A DNA stretch of 61,406 bases, filler included, from Choristocarpus tenellus KU-1152 (Eukaryota > Protista > Phaeophyceae): assembly GCA_964200185.2 (NCBI GenBank). It is 8 parts of 8 records of this genome, joined end to end, with 100 filler letters (N's around TTAATTAATTAA, not from the genome) between each part and the next. Parts side by side here need not be neighbours in the genome. Positions count along the whole stretch, not along the records: positions 1 to 12,308 come from CAXNAD020001880.1; positions 12,409 to 21,886 come from CAXNAD020003646.1; 6 more parts are not named here. One strand, given 5' to 3'. Position numbers and translations under genes: made by a program. The notes beneath the pieces are model-generated. The model was not told where the DNA came from and ran no database searches. It worked only from the letters and a program-made list of their open reading frames with translations. Position 1 is the stretch's first letter. Every line of letters starts with the position of its first letter. Positions 1 through 12,444 of this stretch are shown here, in pieces.

Positions 1-199
1 TAATGATATCAGTATGTATATTGGTATGTGGTGCACTATTTCAGTTACATATCGAGATAGCAAAAGGGGGGGGTGGACATAGTGTAGATTTGTGTAACCA
101 TTTTGCTGCTTTAATGGTAGTAATGATAATGATATCAGTATGTATATTGGTATGTGGTGCACTATTTCAGTTACATATCGAGATAGCAAAAGGGGGGGG
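1..199. repeat. Intronic ~73-bp direct duplication
   Basis: taatgatatcagtatg...gagatagcaaaagggggggg occurs at 1-73 and again at 127-199. Confidence 0.9.
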
Positions 200-329
200 A
201 AAAAAAGAAGAAACAGCAGAGGAGGGTGCCTTTTTTCAGAAAGCACCACGAAGAAACCATTTTATTATTATTTTTATTTTATTATTTTAACTCTTTAGTT
301 CTCTTGCATTTTTTTAATTGGAACATAAG

Positions 330-3300
330 GTGCGGAAGGTGGCTCTCTGTGACTACCTAACCAGGCGTTTCCATGAGGCAGCACAAAGGATGGGTGTTGA
401 CCAACGCACAGAGAGTGGAGGGTGGTCTGGTGCTAAGGGGGGGGAGATAACCATTGATCAACCCGGTGAGGGGGTGGTGTATATGAGTTGGGGTTATAGG
501 TTGTTTGCTTGTTTTTGTGCAGAATTGTGTGGGTTAATTTTGGAGATGGTAATGGGATGATATGGTTGAGTGCTCGGGAACATGGTATGACATAGAAGAG
601 GTGTCTTATTGACTCAATGGAATTATCTGCATGTGATATTGAACCAATCAGATAATTCCATTATGTGATATTGAACCTATCAGATTGAGCTAAGCACACC
701 GAGTCAATGCAATACATGCATTTCTCACCTTGCTGTCTGGTGGTCACTGTTGTCTTTTGTTTTGTCATCCATTGTATGATACGGTATTACTTATTATTAT
801 TATTATTTATTATTGCTGTCTGGTGGTCACTGTTGTCTTTTGTTTTGTTATCCATTGTATGATACGGTAATACTTATTATTTTTATTATTATTATTATTG
901 CTGTCTGGTGGTCACTGTTGTCTTTTGTTTTGTTATCCATTGTATGATACGGTATTACTTATTATTATTGTTATTATTATTATTACTATTATTATTGTAT
1001 GATACGGTATTACTATTATTATTGTTGACACAATTGAACTTGTTATTATTATTGCTATTGCTATTGTTAGTGTTAGTGTTAGTGCTGTCATCACTGTTGT
1101 CTTTTTCTTAGAGGTAGTTAAATTACCATCAGCCTCAGGACTCAAGAAGCACTGTATGATCTTTGGTGATTTTTGGTTTTGTCATAATTTAGTTGATCAT
1201 AGGAATAGGCGTGTGGTGTGTGTGTATGGACAAATTGTACAAGTAGATGTTGTCAGTCTTGTGCTAATGGTAATAGTGTCACCTCATTTCCTCTCCAAGA
1301 GGAGAGGTTGCACCTGTTAAAGAACATCCTTGGAATAGATCAAATAATAATAAAATTTTGCTGATACTAATGTTCCTTTGACTAAATAATAAAATAATAA
1401 TATGATTTTGTGTGGAGTCTGATTTCATCCAATCTTTTTTTCTTGTTTTCCTGGTTAATTAGTTACTTAATTAACTAGTTAGTAGTACTGCAATTGCACC
1501 TCATTTGCTCCTCTTTTGCCCATTATATTTTGGAGACAGGGCAACATGTCTTAGAACGTTCCAGTGTTGTTGTTCATGATCGAGATGGAGCTGTTGAGGC
1601 AAGATTTACCATTGCCATGCCTGCAAGGGGTGAGTTTCTGAGGGTATGTATGTTGTAGTGGTGTGTTAATATGCCACAATAGTGGTCATCCAATGTCTCT
1701 CTGGTTACTCCTTTTTGTCAATGCTGTTGGTATTTTACTATACCTTATTAGTGTTACTCATGTTTTACTATATCTAAGGCTTTTTGTTGTACACTTCTAA
1801 GGCATTGTCATAGTGTTTTGTAAACAGGAAGGGCTTCATAGTGATCTTAATAGCATTCATAGTTTAATAGGAACCAAGCATGGCCAGGTGAAGCATTGAT
1901 CTTGACTTTTTCTTTGACATTGAAATGTACCTTTCTTTTCATGCGTTACAGTTGAAAAGAATATCTTGTTAACAGTTCTTTGAGGAATTAATGTGAGCAA
2001 AAATATATATTCAATATCTATGTCTTTTTCTTTTTCTATTGAATATAAAAATATTAAAGGAAGATCCATCTGTGGGCAGTGGGCGGCTGAGATTCTGGGT
2101 CAAAATCTAGCAGGACTTGTGGGAGAAAGCCTACTCTTTCATAGCCTGGATGGGGCAGCACTTAGGGCACACATACTCTCCGTGGAGGACCAGGTTGGTT
2201 GTGTCATATGTGTGTATGTGTGATGATATGATGGCATGATGACATGGTCACTGGTTCATACATCTGTAGGTGTGTGGTTGCTTGGTGGATGCACATGGCT
2301 AGTTGGTATATATTGGTAGGCGATTGTGGAGTGGATTTATGTGAGATTTGGGATGTACGCGGTAGTAGTTGCATCTACAGCGTTTAATGTGTAATAATAA
2401 TAATATCTGTGTTGTTATGTCACGATGGGAGGGAGCAGAAAGAATTGTATGTATTTGTAGTGTTTTAAGGTTAGGGTTAGGGAGAATGCAAAGTGTAAGA
2501 TGCTGTTATTGCTGCTGCTGCCTATTGTACTGTGTCACGCATTATATAGAGATGAGATGTGAACCCCCCTAACCCTAACCCTCATCTGGTCCTAACCCTA
2601 ACCCTAAGGAAGTGAGTTGATACTCGTTAAGATGAACTTGGTGGTAAGTGGTAAGAGTGTACTTTTCATTTGAGTAGGTGTATTGCACTTTACTGTGCTA
2701 CTTATACTGTAATAAGTCATCTTTGGAATACAGCTAGAGGTAGCATAGTAAGAACATAGTGTTCACGGGTTATGTATAGTAAGAACTGCTTCTGGTGGGT
2801 TAGGGTTAGGGTTAGAGCTACTTCGAGTTAAGCCCTAACCCTATCTTAGAGAAGTTAAACACGTTGTACCTATCTGAATCAAAATATTGTTCTCTCTTTC
2901 CTGAAGTAATTCAATTGCATAGTAACTTAGGGCACAGTGCCCCACCCCTGGCAATCCCTGCCATGCCCTGCCCCCTTTCTCGAATTCCAGCATTGTAGTA
3001 TAGATAATAATAATAATAAAAAATAACAATCCTTGATTTCTCCCTCACCCCATTTACCTATTACCTAGACTACTAACCCTAACCCTAACCCTAAGCCTGC
3101 CTTTGTGAACCAGGAAGCTCTTCGAGGTTCACTGAGGAAAGCTGGGGTAGTCGGGTTTGTGGCCAACGGTGCTATCCTCCCTCGTGAGAGTGGAAACAGT
3201 GACCGACCCATGGATGCTTCCAAGGTGCTTGTCTAATGTTAGCATTGGAGTGCTTGGAATTTTGTTTGTGTTTTGTGGGGGGAGGGGGGGGAACTTGGTC

Positions 3301-6300
3301 TAAGAGCAATCCCAAGTTCATTGCTTTAGTCCCTATCCCCATCCCGCCTCCATGACTAGTTGAATATCAATTCTTGTGTTGGTGCTAGTGATAATAGTAA
3401 TAATAATATGTGACTAGAGTAGTGCACTGATTTTTTTTATGAGCAAGATCTCCATTTTTTTTGTTATGTGGACACACAGCGGTACTTGTTCTTTTATTTT
3501 ATTATTGAAAATATGAAACTGTCTGAAAATGCCACAGGCTGTACGGTTCAAGAGTCCACCTTCCCTGGAGAAGGTGTTCAACCTGCCCAACAAGGGGGTA
3601 GTGAAAGGGATGGGTATACCCCCAGGAGTCACTCTCATTGTTGGAGGGGGGTGAGTTTGCACAATGCCAATAATAAAAATAATATAAATAGTAAAAAAAG
3701 AATAATTACATGTTTGTTCTAATAGTGTATACTCCAGAGTACTCCCAAATGTATAGTTTTGTGTATCCCCATTAGAGCGTATACCTGATTTTGCATCAAG
3801 ATTTTTAAATAGTCTGTGTTTGGTTATTGCAAGGTGGTCTATTTTGTATGCCTGTCCTTTCCTCTCTTTTTATTATCAATCCCTCTTTTGCTAAATTGAG
3901 GTTAGGGTTAGGGAGGAGCACACGCCTTTTTAGGGTAGCAACATCTGAGACATAGGGTTAGGGTTAGCATCATAACCCTATGATACAGGATCATTTTTTT
4001 TTTATCAGTTTCATTGTCTTGTTGTTATTGTTGGTTAACATGCTGTGCATGCACGGACTGGTTGTTAATACATACAAGACAATATTTATTTCATGTTCTT
4101 GCACACACACACATGACAAGAGATGTGTGTGCCACGGGTGTATTAACTGTATTATTATTACTATTATTATTAACTATTATTAGTATTATTATTATTAACT
4201 TTGCCATTACGCGATTGAGAAGAATGTCCGCAATGCCATGCCACTCTTTGTTAAACACTCCGATATGAAAGTTTCCATGGCAAGAGCACTCTGGAGGTGG
4301 CTCTTCAGGTTGGATGCTACAATCATATACCTGGAGATGGGAGGGAGTTTGTAGCTGTGGAGGCCAGCGCTGTGAAGGTGAATAGATAGAAAAACGTGAC
4401 GATTCTTAAGGCTGTGAAGTGCAATATAGAGGGATTTGAGAAATTTTTATCTCTCCTGTTGTGGGGCACTTAATGACATAACATGTTAGTAAGTAAACTT
4501 GTGTACATTTTAAAGGCCACACTAGTTTGTGCTATTGATTACTGTGTAAAGTGGTGTTCGTAATTGTAAAGGTGCAGTCCTAGTCATATCTGTCTCCCTC
4601 TCTTTGTTGTTGTGGGATAGATCTGAATCTGAATCGCATACTGGAATAACTAGTGATGCACCCAGAATTTTTTTTTTTCTATACCACAGCAGTATCCATA
4701 GTAATGTTAGTAGTACGATTGAGATTAGTATCCATAGTATTGGTCGCGGTGGTCCTCCCCTGTAATGCTCCCCCCTTAACCCCACCAGTTTTAATACCAC
4801 CTAAATCATACCTTCCTAACACATAATGTCAATGTTATCAATAACATGTCATCAATAACAGGTGCGTGCTGAGGATGGACGTTGTGTAAATGCAGTGGAC
4901 ATCAGCCCATTCATAGACAACCTTCCCTTTGGCAAGTCTACCAAGGACTTCAGCACACCTGATGCATCGGGGTCGACCAGCCAGGCTACCAACATAGTGG
5001 AAGCTTTGGAAGCGGTAAGGGTTGCAAGATGTGGTGGGTGCAGAGTTCGTGTGAAAGTGGCGTGTGGTTACATTTTTTTACTTTGTGTATTTTGTGTAGT
5101 TGGAGTGGGTCCAATTAGCTCTTTTTGATGAGATGTGTGTGTAGGCCCAATGGGTATGTTTGTTTTTTTATTCTAGGGTGTACAGTGCACTAAATCAATT
5201 GAGATTACTTCTGAAATGTTGTTTGATTGAACTGTGTACTAACTTTATTTTCTCCTGATTCAATACAGGCAGTGAGGGGAAGAGGGCTCTTTTGATTATA
5301 GGTACAAATACTATTACACATGGCTTTTTTATGTGTATGGGCATATCCTAGTATCTACTGTTAACGGAGTACTACGGAAGGGTTAACCTGTAAAGCCGTC
5401 TATGCGATATGCAGTAATGCATATCAAGCCATGATAACTGGCTTGTCAACTTCAACAATTAAAAATTAAAACAATTAAAAATTAAAACAATTAATAATTA
5501 AAACAATTAAAACGGTGTAGATTTGAAAAATATTTATTTTTTCAGTCGGCAAGTTCATCCTCCCCCAATCACTTGGATCTTTGCCATAGCTTGAATCCTA
5601 ATACTACTAATAGTACTGAGTGTGTGTGTGTGCCTGAATTGCAACCAGTGACAGAAATGATCAACCTGAAAAGAAAAAAAAAGGATAACTAGAATTTTTT
5701 TTTATGTAGTTGGTAGTGCTGATATCTGAATCAATTCCTGTTCCTGAATTTTGGGGGTTGGGTGGGGGGNNNNNNNNNNAAAGAATGACTTGGTTTTTTT
5801 TTGTATAGGGTTGTTAGTAATAAATTATAAGTGTTTGTTTGTTCTTTATTTGGGGGGGGGGGGGGGGGGGGGGGGGTTATGTCCTATCCCAGGGGTGCAC
5901 AACACTGTTGGTAGATGAGGACACCTGTGCCACCAACTTCATGATTAGAGACCTGAGGATGCAAATGTAAGCAAACAGTGAGGAGGGGGAAGAAGAGTTC
6001 AAGAATGTTAGGCAGGGGCTAAGGGGGGCGACACTTTGCTTTGTCATGACTGTGAATTGTGCTGTTAGATTACCGATTGGAGTTGGGTGATGTACAATGA
6101 TAGGTAGTGATATAGTACAAACTGTTGATTGTGCTGAGACTATATTTTTTTCCCTTGCTGGTGTCATGTCAGGGATATAGGGATATCACCTTAACTGTTC
6201 CACTGCTAATGAGATTTTTTCTGGGCTGTGTGTTATCTTGTTTTGACCTCCACCCTCTCCTCCTCTGGTTGCTGCTGCTGCTTCTGTTGTTTGCTATTGC

Positions 6301-9300
6301 TTCTCACCCCCCTCTCTTTTCTGTCTGTTCTCCTGACAATACCAGATTGGTGGCCAAGGAAAAGGAGCCCATCACCCCATTCATTAGCAAGGTGTCATCA
6401 ACTCCATTTCTTTTTTTGTGTTGTTTTTTTTTCTTTTTTTTGGCATCACTACAATACATTCATACATCAAATGTGCAGCTACCGTCATTTTTAACACAGA
6501 AATGTTCACAGAGTATCGCAAGTGCTCTTTTGCTACCAGTGTACAGCATCTGCATTATCTGTGTTAAGGCCGACAGATTTGTCTTGATAAGATGTAACGA
6601 TTCCATTAATAGTTACACCCTCTCGAGACAACCTCTCACTCAAGTATGCCTGAATGTACATGTGTACTGTGCATTACACCACCTACTCTGTGTAACTGTA
6701 GGTGCGGGCTCTGTATGACTCAATGAATGTCTCTTCCATCCTTGTGATTGGTGGGTGCGGCGACTACTTTGAAGTGGCAGACACAGTCATCATGATGGAT
6801 TGCTATGCACCCAAGGTATTGTGAAGGGTTGCACTTCTGACTGGGTGTTGTGGACGATATCATGTACCAGATTGTGTTCTGGTAGAGTGGTGGAGTAAGG
6901 GGGTGTGGTGGGAATGAGAGCCATACTCCAGAGAGTGTTTCTGCTGCACAGCCAGTAGTTGCCTTGGGATAGGGATAGGGTTAAGGGTTAGAAGGAGGAT
7001 TATTTTGTACCCTCCAAGTGAACAATACCTTGACGAAAATCGGTATTTCCTCTGTAATTTGATCACAATGAGAACTCTTGCAATCTGAGATTAGTAATGA
7101 ATGCATGCATGCATGCCTTTGTGCTGCCCATGATTTGAAATTCGATGCCCTCTTTTGTTGTACCTCTTTTTGTCAAAGGTGGAGCGACATCAATGCATCC
7201 AATAGCTACCACACCCTGAACTAGTTTCTCACGACAGTGTGTAGTACCTGGTACTTGTATCTTTTTGTATCGATGTCCACCTTCCTGACCTTCCATGGAC
7301 ATCAATTGACTCATGTTCTCCCTCAGTCCAATACCTTTCGCACTCTCTTTCTGTCATTCCATATTTCAAGTATTATAAGCCGTCCCACTACTCAACATTG
7401 CTTCTACCTCTATTGCATTTACACCTTAGAAGTTACTGCTTCCGGTGCCCCCACAGCTCCATGGTGTTGTCTGACTCTATATTTGGGATATTTATTTTGT
7501 CTGGGAAATGCACCAATGTGTCTTGTGCTATTGATCTGTAACTATTGGCACAACTCTGTCTGGTACCAAATGCCCACATAGCCACATTATCGGATGTGGC
7601 TATGTGGGCATTTGTTTGACTATGTATATCAACATGTACATGATATGATATCATGTGTGTGTGTGTGTTATGTGGGGAAAGTAGGATGTATCAGAGGAGG
7701 CAAAAAGGATAGCCAGAGAGCACCGTATGGGAGCTGGTGCCATTGCAAGCCATCCTTTGTTCGGCTCACAGGCCAGTCGGAAACCATCATCAAACAGCTA
7801 CACATGCCAGGGCAAGCTGGTGGCCAGAGGGAGGGAGAAGATTCAGTATGGGGAGGTACGAGGATATGAAAGAAGCATCTCCACAAATAGAAGAGTGTGC
7901 ATTTCACATTATCTCAAAATGATTCATTTTGGAAGACAACGGAAGTGTAAGTGCTTTGTTTCATATGATGAGGTGGGGTGGTTGAGGCAACGGTCATTTC
8001 AAGGGAAGATGTTGTTAGGGGAGAGGGTGGCTTAATATGAAGAGTCCTGCTTGGTACAGGCAAGTATTGTGTTAGGGATGAGACCTTTTTTCTAGTTCTG
8101 AAGTTGTGGCTCCCAACGTTCATAGTGTTCTTGTTCCATTTGGAGGTTTTTGCTCTCAATTGTGTTGGAAATTGAGAGAGTGATGAAATGTCAAATGCAC
8201 TTGGCCCTTCCTAACCCTTGTGTTCTTGACTTGTCTGTCTGTCAACCTTTTGGTGATCATTGTACCTAGGTGGATATTGACCTTTCGGGGGTGGAGCAGC
8301 TTGTGGAGATCAGTCAGACTCGGGCCATAGGCGATGCCATGAACGTCCTTGCAAGAACAGCTATGCCCCAACGCCTGACCGTTCCGGTGAGATACCTAAT
8401 CCCAACCCTTCATGCCGCTGTGTGTTTGTTTTGGTGTGGTGATAGCTGGCTGATATTGGAGGGATGGTGTTATTTAGTTTATTTTTGGTACCCCAAAGTG
8501 TGTTCTTATGTACCTCTTGTTGCAGAGTGGCGTGTGGATGTTAACGTTGTACTTCATTTGTGCACAGAGGCAAAACTAACCATTTCTATCACATATGTCA
8601 CACACACACACACACACACATTCAGCTCGCGCCCTACCTCCACTCACAGCAATTGCTGGATTTCCTTGAAGCTGAGCTTGACGCCAAGGGACTTGATGCA
8701 CTCATGCCAGGTGCTTACATAGCCAACTATGCCAGGCCAAGACGCTTTGAGGTGTGTTCAGTCTTTCTGGACTGTATGTGGTAGTTGATGTGCTTGTTGT
8801 GAGGATTGGATCTCATATTTCCAGTTCGAAGTCCCAATTCGGTTTTCTTGGGTTTCAACCAGTTGTGGTTCATGGGTCGATTCTGTCAATGAATTTCTGG
8901 ATACTCTGGTCCTAGTTACTAAATTGGTGGGGTTGAGTTTTTTTTCACTTCAGGATGGTGGTATGATTTATGTAGAAGATTGTGTTGGTGTGCTGCTCTT
9001 GGCAAGAGCCAGTTTTTGACACTGCTCAATGTACCATTCAAACACGCTCCACCCACTACCATTAATGCTGCTGACACTGTCCATACATCCCTATCTCTAG
9101 CAATACAGGAGCAACGACTATATTGTAATAGGGTTAGGTTTATCGTAGTAATGGCTGTAGGTGACACAATATGTACTGCGTAGTCTTTGGAAAAAAAATA
9201 TCTGACTGAGGATGCACATGTTTTGTCTCTGGGTGTAGATGATCATTTTTTTTTACTTTGATGTTTATTTATGTTTTTTCTTACAATTTTTGCTACATTT

Positions 9301-9418
9301 TTTTCTCATTATACTGTCTCGTGCCCTCTCTGGCGATGCCGATTTTTCTTACCTGGAGCAGGTGGCAGCTGCTCTCAATAGGTACCGAGAGGGTGAAGTT
9401 GTCTCAAGTCACCCTTAG
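330..9418 (+). CDS. ABC-class ATPase domain protein (PF09818/COG3044, MRB1590-like), 5' end outside window, 14 exons
   Basis: Phase-compatible GT-AG exons: 330-465, 1540-1629, 2060-2193, 3114-3224, 3538-3650, 4272-4377, 4862-5014, 5893-5966, 6346-6391, 6702-6815, 7685-7855, 8270-8386, 8650-8751, 9362-9418 (TAG). The spliced protein has the family motifs FVANGAILPRESG, Walker A GVTLIVGGG|FHGKST, YNHIPGDGRE, RAEDGR, DISPFIDNLP, STPDASGSTSQA, Walker B LLVDEDTCATNFMIRD, EPITPF, GGCGDYF and RPRRFEVAAALNR. Confidence 0.93.
731..970. repeat. Three tandem ~83-bp units followed by ATT microsatellite (intronic)
   Basis: ttgctgtctggtggtcactgttgtcttttgttttgt..atccattgtatgatacggta starts at about 731, 813 and 898. 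Confidence 0.9.
2467..3987. repeat. Cluster of short interstitial TTAGGG/CCCTAA tracts in ATPase introns
   Basis: Tracts at ~2468, 2567-2607, 2797-2813, 2833-2843, 3073-3094, 3899-3912 and 3954-3980, in both orientations. Similar tracts at ~6977, 26447, 30811, 42487 and 59427. Confidence 0.85.
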
Positions 9419-10849
9419 GGCATTGATCAGTGCCTTGGCATCAAGAACACCTTGTAGTTCTGTGTGCAATGAATTTGTATGCAAAACAAAGGATGATATC
9501 TGTGCTCAAGAGCAGGAATTGCAATGCAAGGGTTAGGGAGGGAATAGACACGACCGGTGTGTTGTTTCCTCCTCCTGTGATGTCTCCTTGTTGAGATTGT
9601 TTTGCCGTGATGGATTGCGACAGCATTTGATTTAGCACATTAACAATTTTTGACACTTAAGGGTATTACTTGTTCCTTGGCGTTTGACTATTTTTGGTGC
9701 TTTGGTGCACTCTTTCTTCTCATAAGTTGGTAGGTCCCTAAATTATACACACACCTCTGTAGTTGTACATCTCCTAACGAAGGACGTTGGTAAGACATTC
9801 CCTAGGTGTAGTTTGACTTGACTGTAATCATCGCATGGATTGTGTGAGGATCAGTTGAGCTGAACTCATCATGATCTCCCTTGTGGTTTTGCTTTGAACA
9901 AACCCGCTCTATGTATTGTTTGTTGTTCATGACCTTGATTGTTGTATGCATTTCCTTGATTTAGGGGATGGTACATTCAGTATCAATAGTAGTAAATGGT
10001 GTGAACCTGCTTGGTTCTTCTGTGGGGCCCTGCATGTCTCTTGTCTCTTGCTTTCCCTTTGGAACCTCTGTCACTTAAGGTAACGTAATACTAGTAATAC
10101 ACAAATTTGTAGCAACAATATGCTCAAAGATTTCCATACACCACAGATTTTATAAGGCAAAGGGCCTGACTGAGCATATGCTGTACATGAGACGTAATGG
10201 ATATAGTGAAGCTGAGTGTTGCTTTGATGAACAAGAGACGTTTTGAGCAGGTGGTGTTATTATGCTGCGGACATAGCTTTTATCCGTCTTGAGCTGTTTG
10301 TTCTTTGTGGTAGAAGTTTCTTCCATTTTGTCACTTTCCCTGCTTTACAACCTCTGACCACAGGTTTGAAAAGACAAAACAAAGTGTGTGTGAAATAAGT
10401 ATAGTAGGAAATGGTCTCAGGCATTGTTTGGACAACAGATGTTGCAGGGCAAATATGTGCTCCGGAGTTTGCAGGATAACAGACATACATAGCAGATGGC
10501 ACCTTGCATTACCCTGACAGGAGGTGGTAGGCACGATAAATCTACCTAATCCTTGGATGGTGGACTTTGTAGAGCACATTGTCTCAGGCATTACAAATAC
10601 CCGACAATCATGATACTACTATTGGTAGAAGTAAATAGAACAGCTGGCCCAGATTATTGCCCTTCTGGTTACGGATCAAATCAGTCTAACATTGCCCAGG
10701 ATGACAGAGGTTATGTATCGAATATAGCTGGAACATTGTAGGGTATTGCTAGTACAGTGTTGAGCGTTAAGGTGCATTTTCCTGGGTAGGGAATATTTTT
10801 CACGTATATGTATAGTAGAACCACTCCTCGATCCTGAGTCAATTTTCAT

Positions 10850-11650
10850 TAATCCATCAGAAAAACACATTGTACATGATATACCCCTACTGTATTGTCA
10901 CACACCATCTTTTGCACAATTGGGACAAGTTTACTCACCAAACTGTGTGTGGCGTGTGGCAAACAGACAGCATAATACTTCATATTATTGATTCTAATAT
11001 ATGCAATACCTTGATATAGAATAAGCCTGGAGACAGAGACGTCTTGTGGTCGTGATAAGTTCATCATCAAAGGCTTTCTTCTTCTTGTGGGTTCAACCCT
11101 CTCTCCTTCACACGATCTTGCAATCATATAATTTTTTGATCAGAGTATATTTGCATCAATGTGTAGGATGAGTTCTCAGTTTGATTGTAACATGAGGAGG
11201 GTGACTGGAGTGATGGAATGATGCACTGGCGGGTGGTGGAAGGACAACGGGTATGCTGAGACAAATGTGGAGTAGCTCGCTTCTCTTTCTTGTCATAGCT
11301 CTTCCAGAAGAATTTCATTTGGCTACATAGTTCCTTGCAGATACCCCCAAAGAAGTCTGGTCTGGTCCTCACCCCCATAGGGAAATGACACAGTAGTAAG
11401 GGCTGCAATCTCCAAAGTAAATTTTGATTTTGTTTTGACCAGCGACAACATCTACGAGAGAGTCGGTAGTAATACAGCTGTTTTCTAACGACATTCAACT
11501 TGATCAGGTTAATGCTACATCGAAAATATCTTGTGCTATCATAATTTCTATGACCAAGACCATCACTAATAATAGTAGAAGTGTGTACGATCACGATATA
11601 GTAAGCAATTGGATGTATCAAATCATTGTACTGTAGTTCTGAGTGGTATC
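10850..11650 (-). pseudogene. Decayed copia-like pre-integrase/integrase relic
   Basis: Minus-strand remnants GLGHRNYD (cf. WHxRLGH) and RCCRWSKQ (cf. CxxCxxGKQ), then PLLLCH and KLVP-like words. Heavily disrupted. Confidence 0.35.
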
Positions 11651-12444
11651 TGTTTCTTCCTCTATCGATCTACCTTGGGAGCCATGATTCAGGTTCAAGG
11701 ACTTGTCATTTGATTTGGATGGAAACTACACGTACTTGATCATGAAACATGTTCCGTTGGGTGAATGTGTTCAACCATCTACCTTCAAAACACGATATAG
11801 AAATAGCAAAACGGGTCTTGCAAGATCAAGTGCTGCGATATGATGTTCGGACTAGAGCAAATTAGCCGACTGACCGAGTCAAGCAAGAAGAGAGCATTGG
11901 GTGAGACGTTGTATTTTCATGATTGAATAATGCAGAAAATACTTGAGAGAGCTGCGCCCTACCATGAAAGGCGGTTGTTGTCATCACTCCCCTTCACTCG
12001 CGATTGAGTCCCTTGTTGGAAAAACTCCTCATTACTTGAAGGTGAGCTCCATGAAACTATTGCTTACTCTCACATATATTACTCTCAAATATAGCCCCCC
12101 CACACTCCCATCCACAAGTTCATACCCAAGTACTCCGAAATACAAGACAGAAATAGTGTAATCTGTGATCACCACTTCACTTCCCCTGGTATAATAAACC
12201 ACATGCCAATTGTATATACTGCAACAATCTACACCCTTACCACCTTACACTGTACTTTGATCACCCTAGCATACAACAAGGAACAGACATTAATCACACA
12301 CTGAACTGNNNNNNNNNNNNNNNNNNNNNNNNNNNNNNNNNNNNNNNNNNNNTTAATTAATTAANNNNNNNNNNNNNNNNNNNNNNNNNNNNNNNNNNNN
12401 NNNNNNNNCCCCCCCTGCCTCTTCAATCACACCAATCAACGCAG

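Noticed and set aside
3-290. 95-aa ORF with internal repeat
   Set aside because: Product of a 73-bp duplication upstream of the 330 acceptor, inside an intron.
908-1145. Poly-Leu / poly-Ile membrane-like ORFs
   Set aside because: Translations of ATT microsatellite within an intron.
12353-12364. Recurrent palindromic TTAATTAATTAA as a biological motif
   Set aside because: Always centred in identical 100-bp N blocks; it is a six-frame-stop assembly linker.
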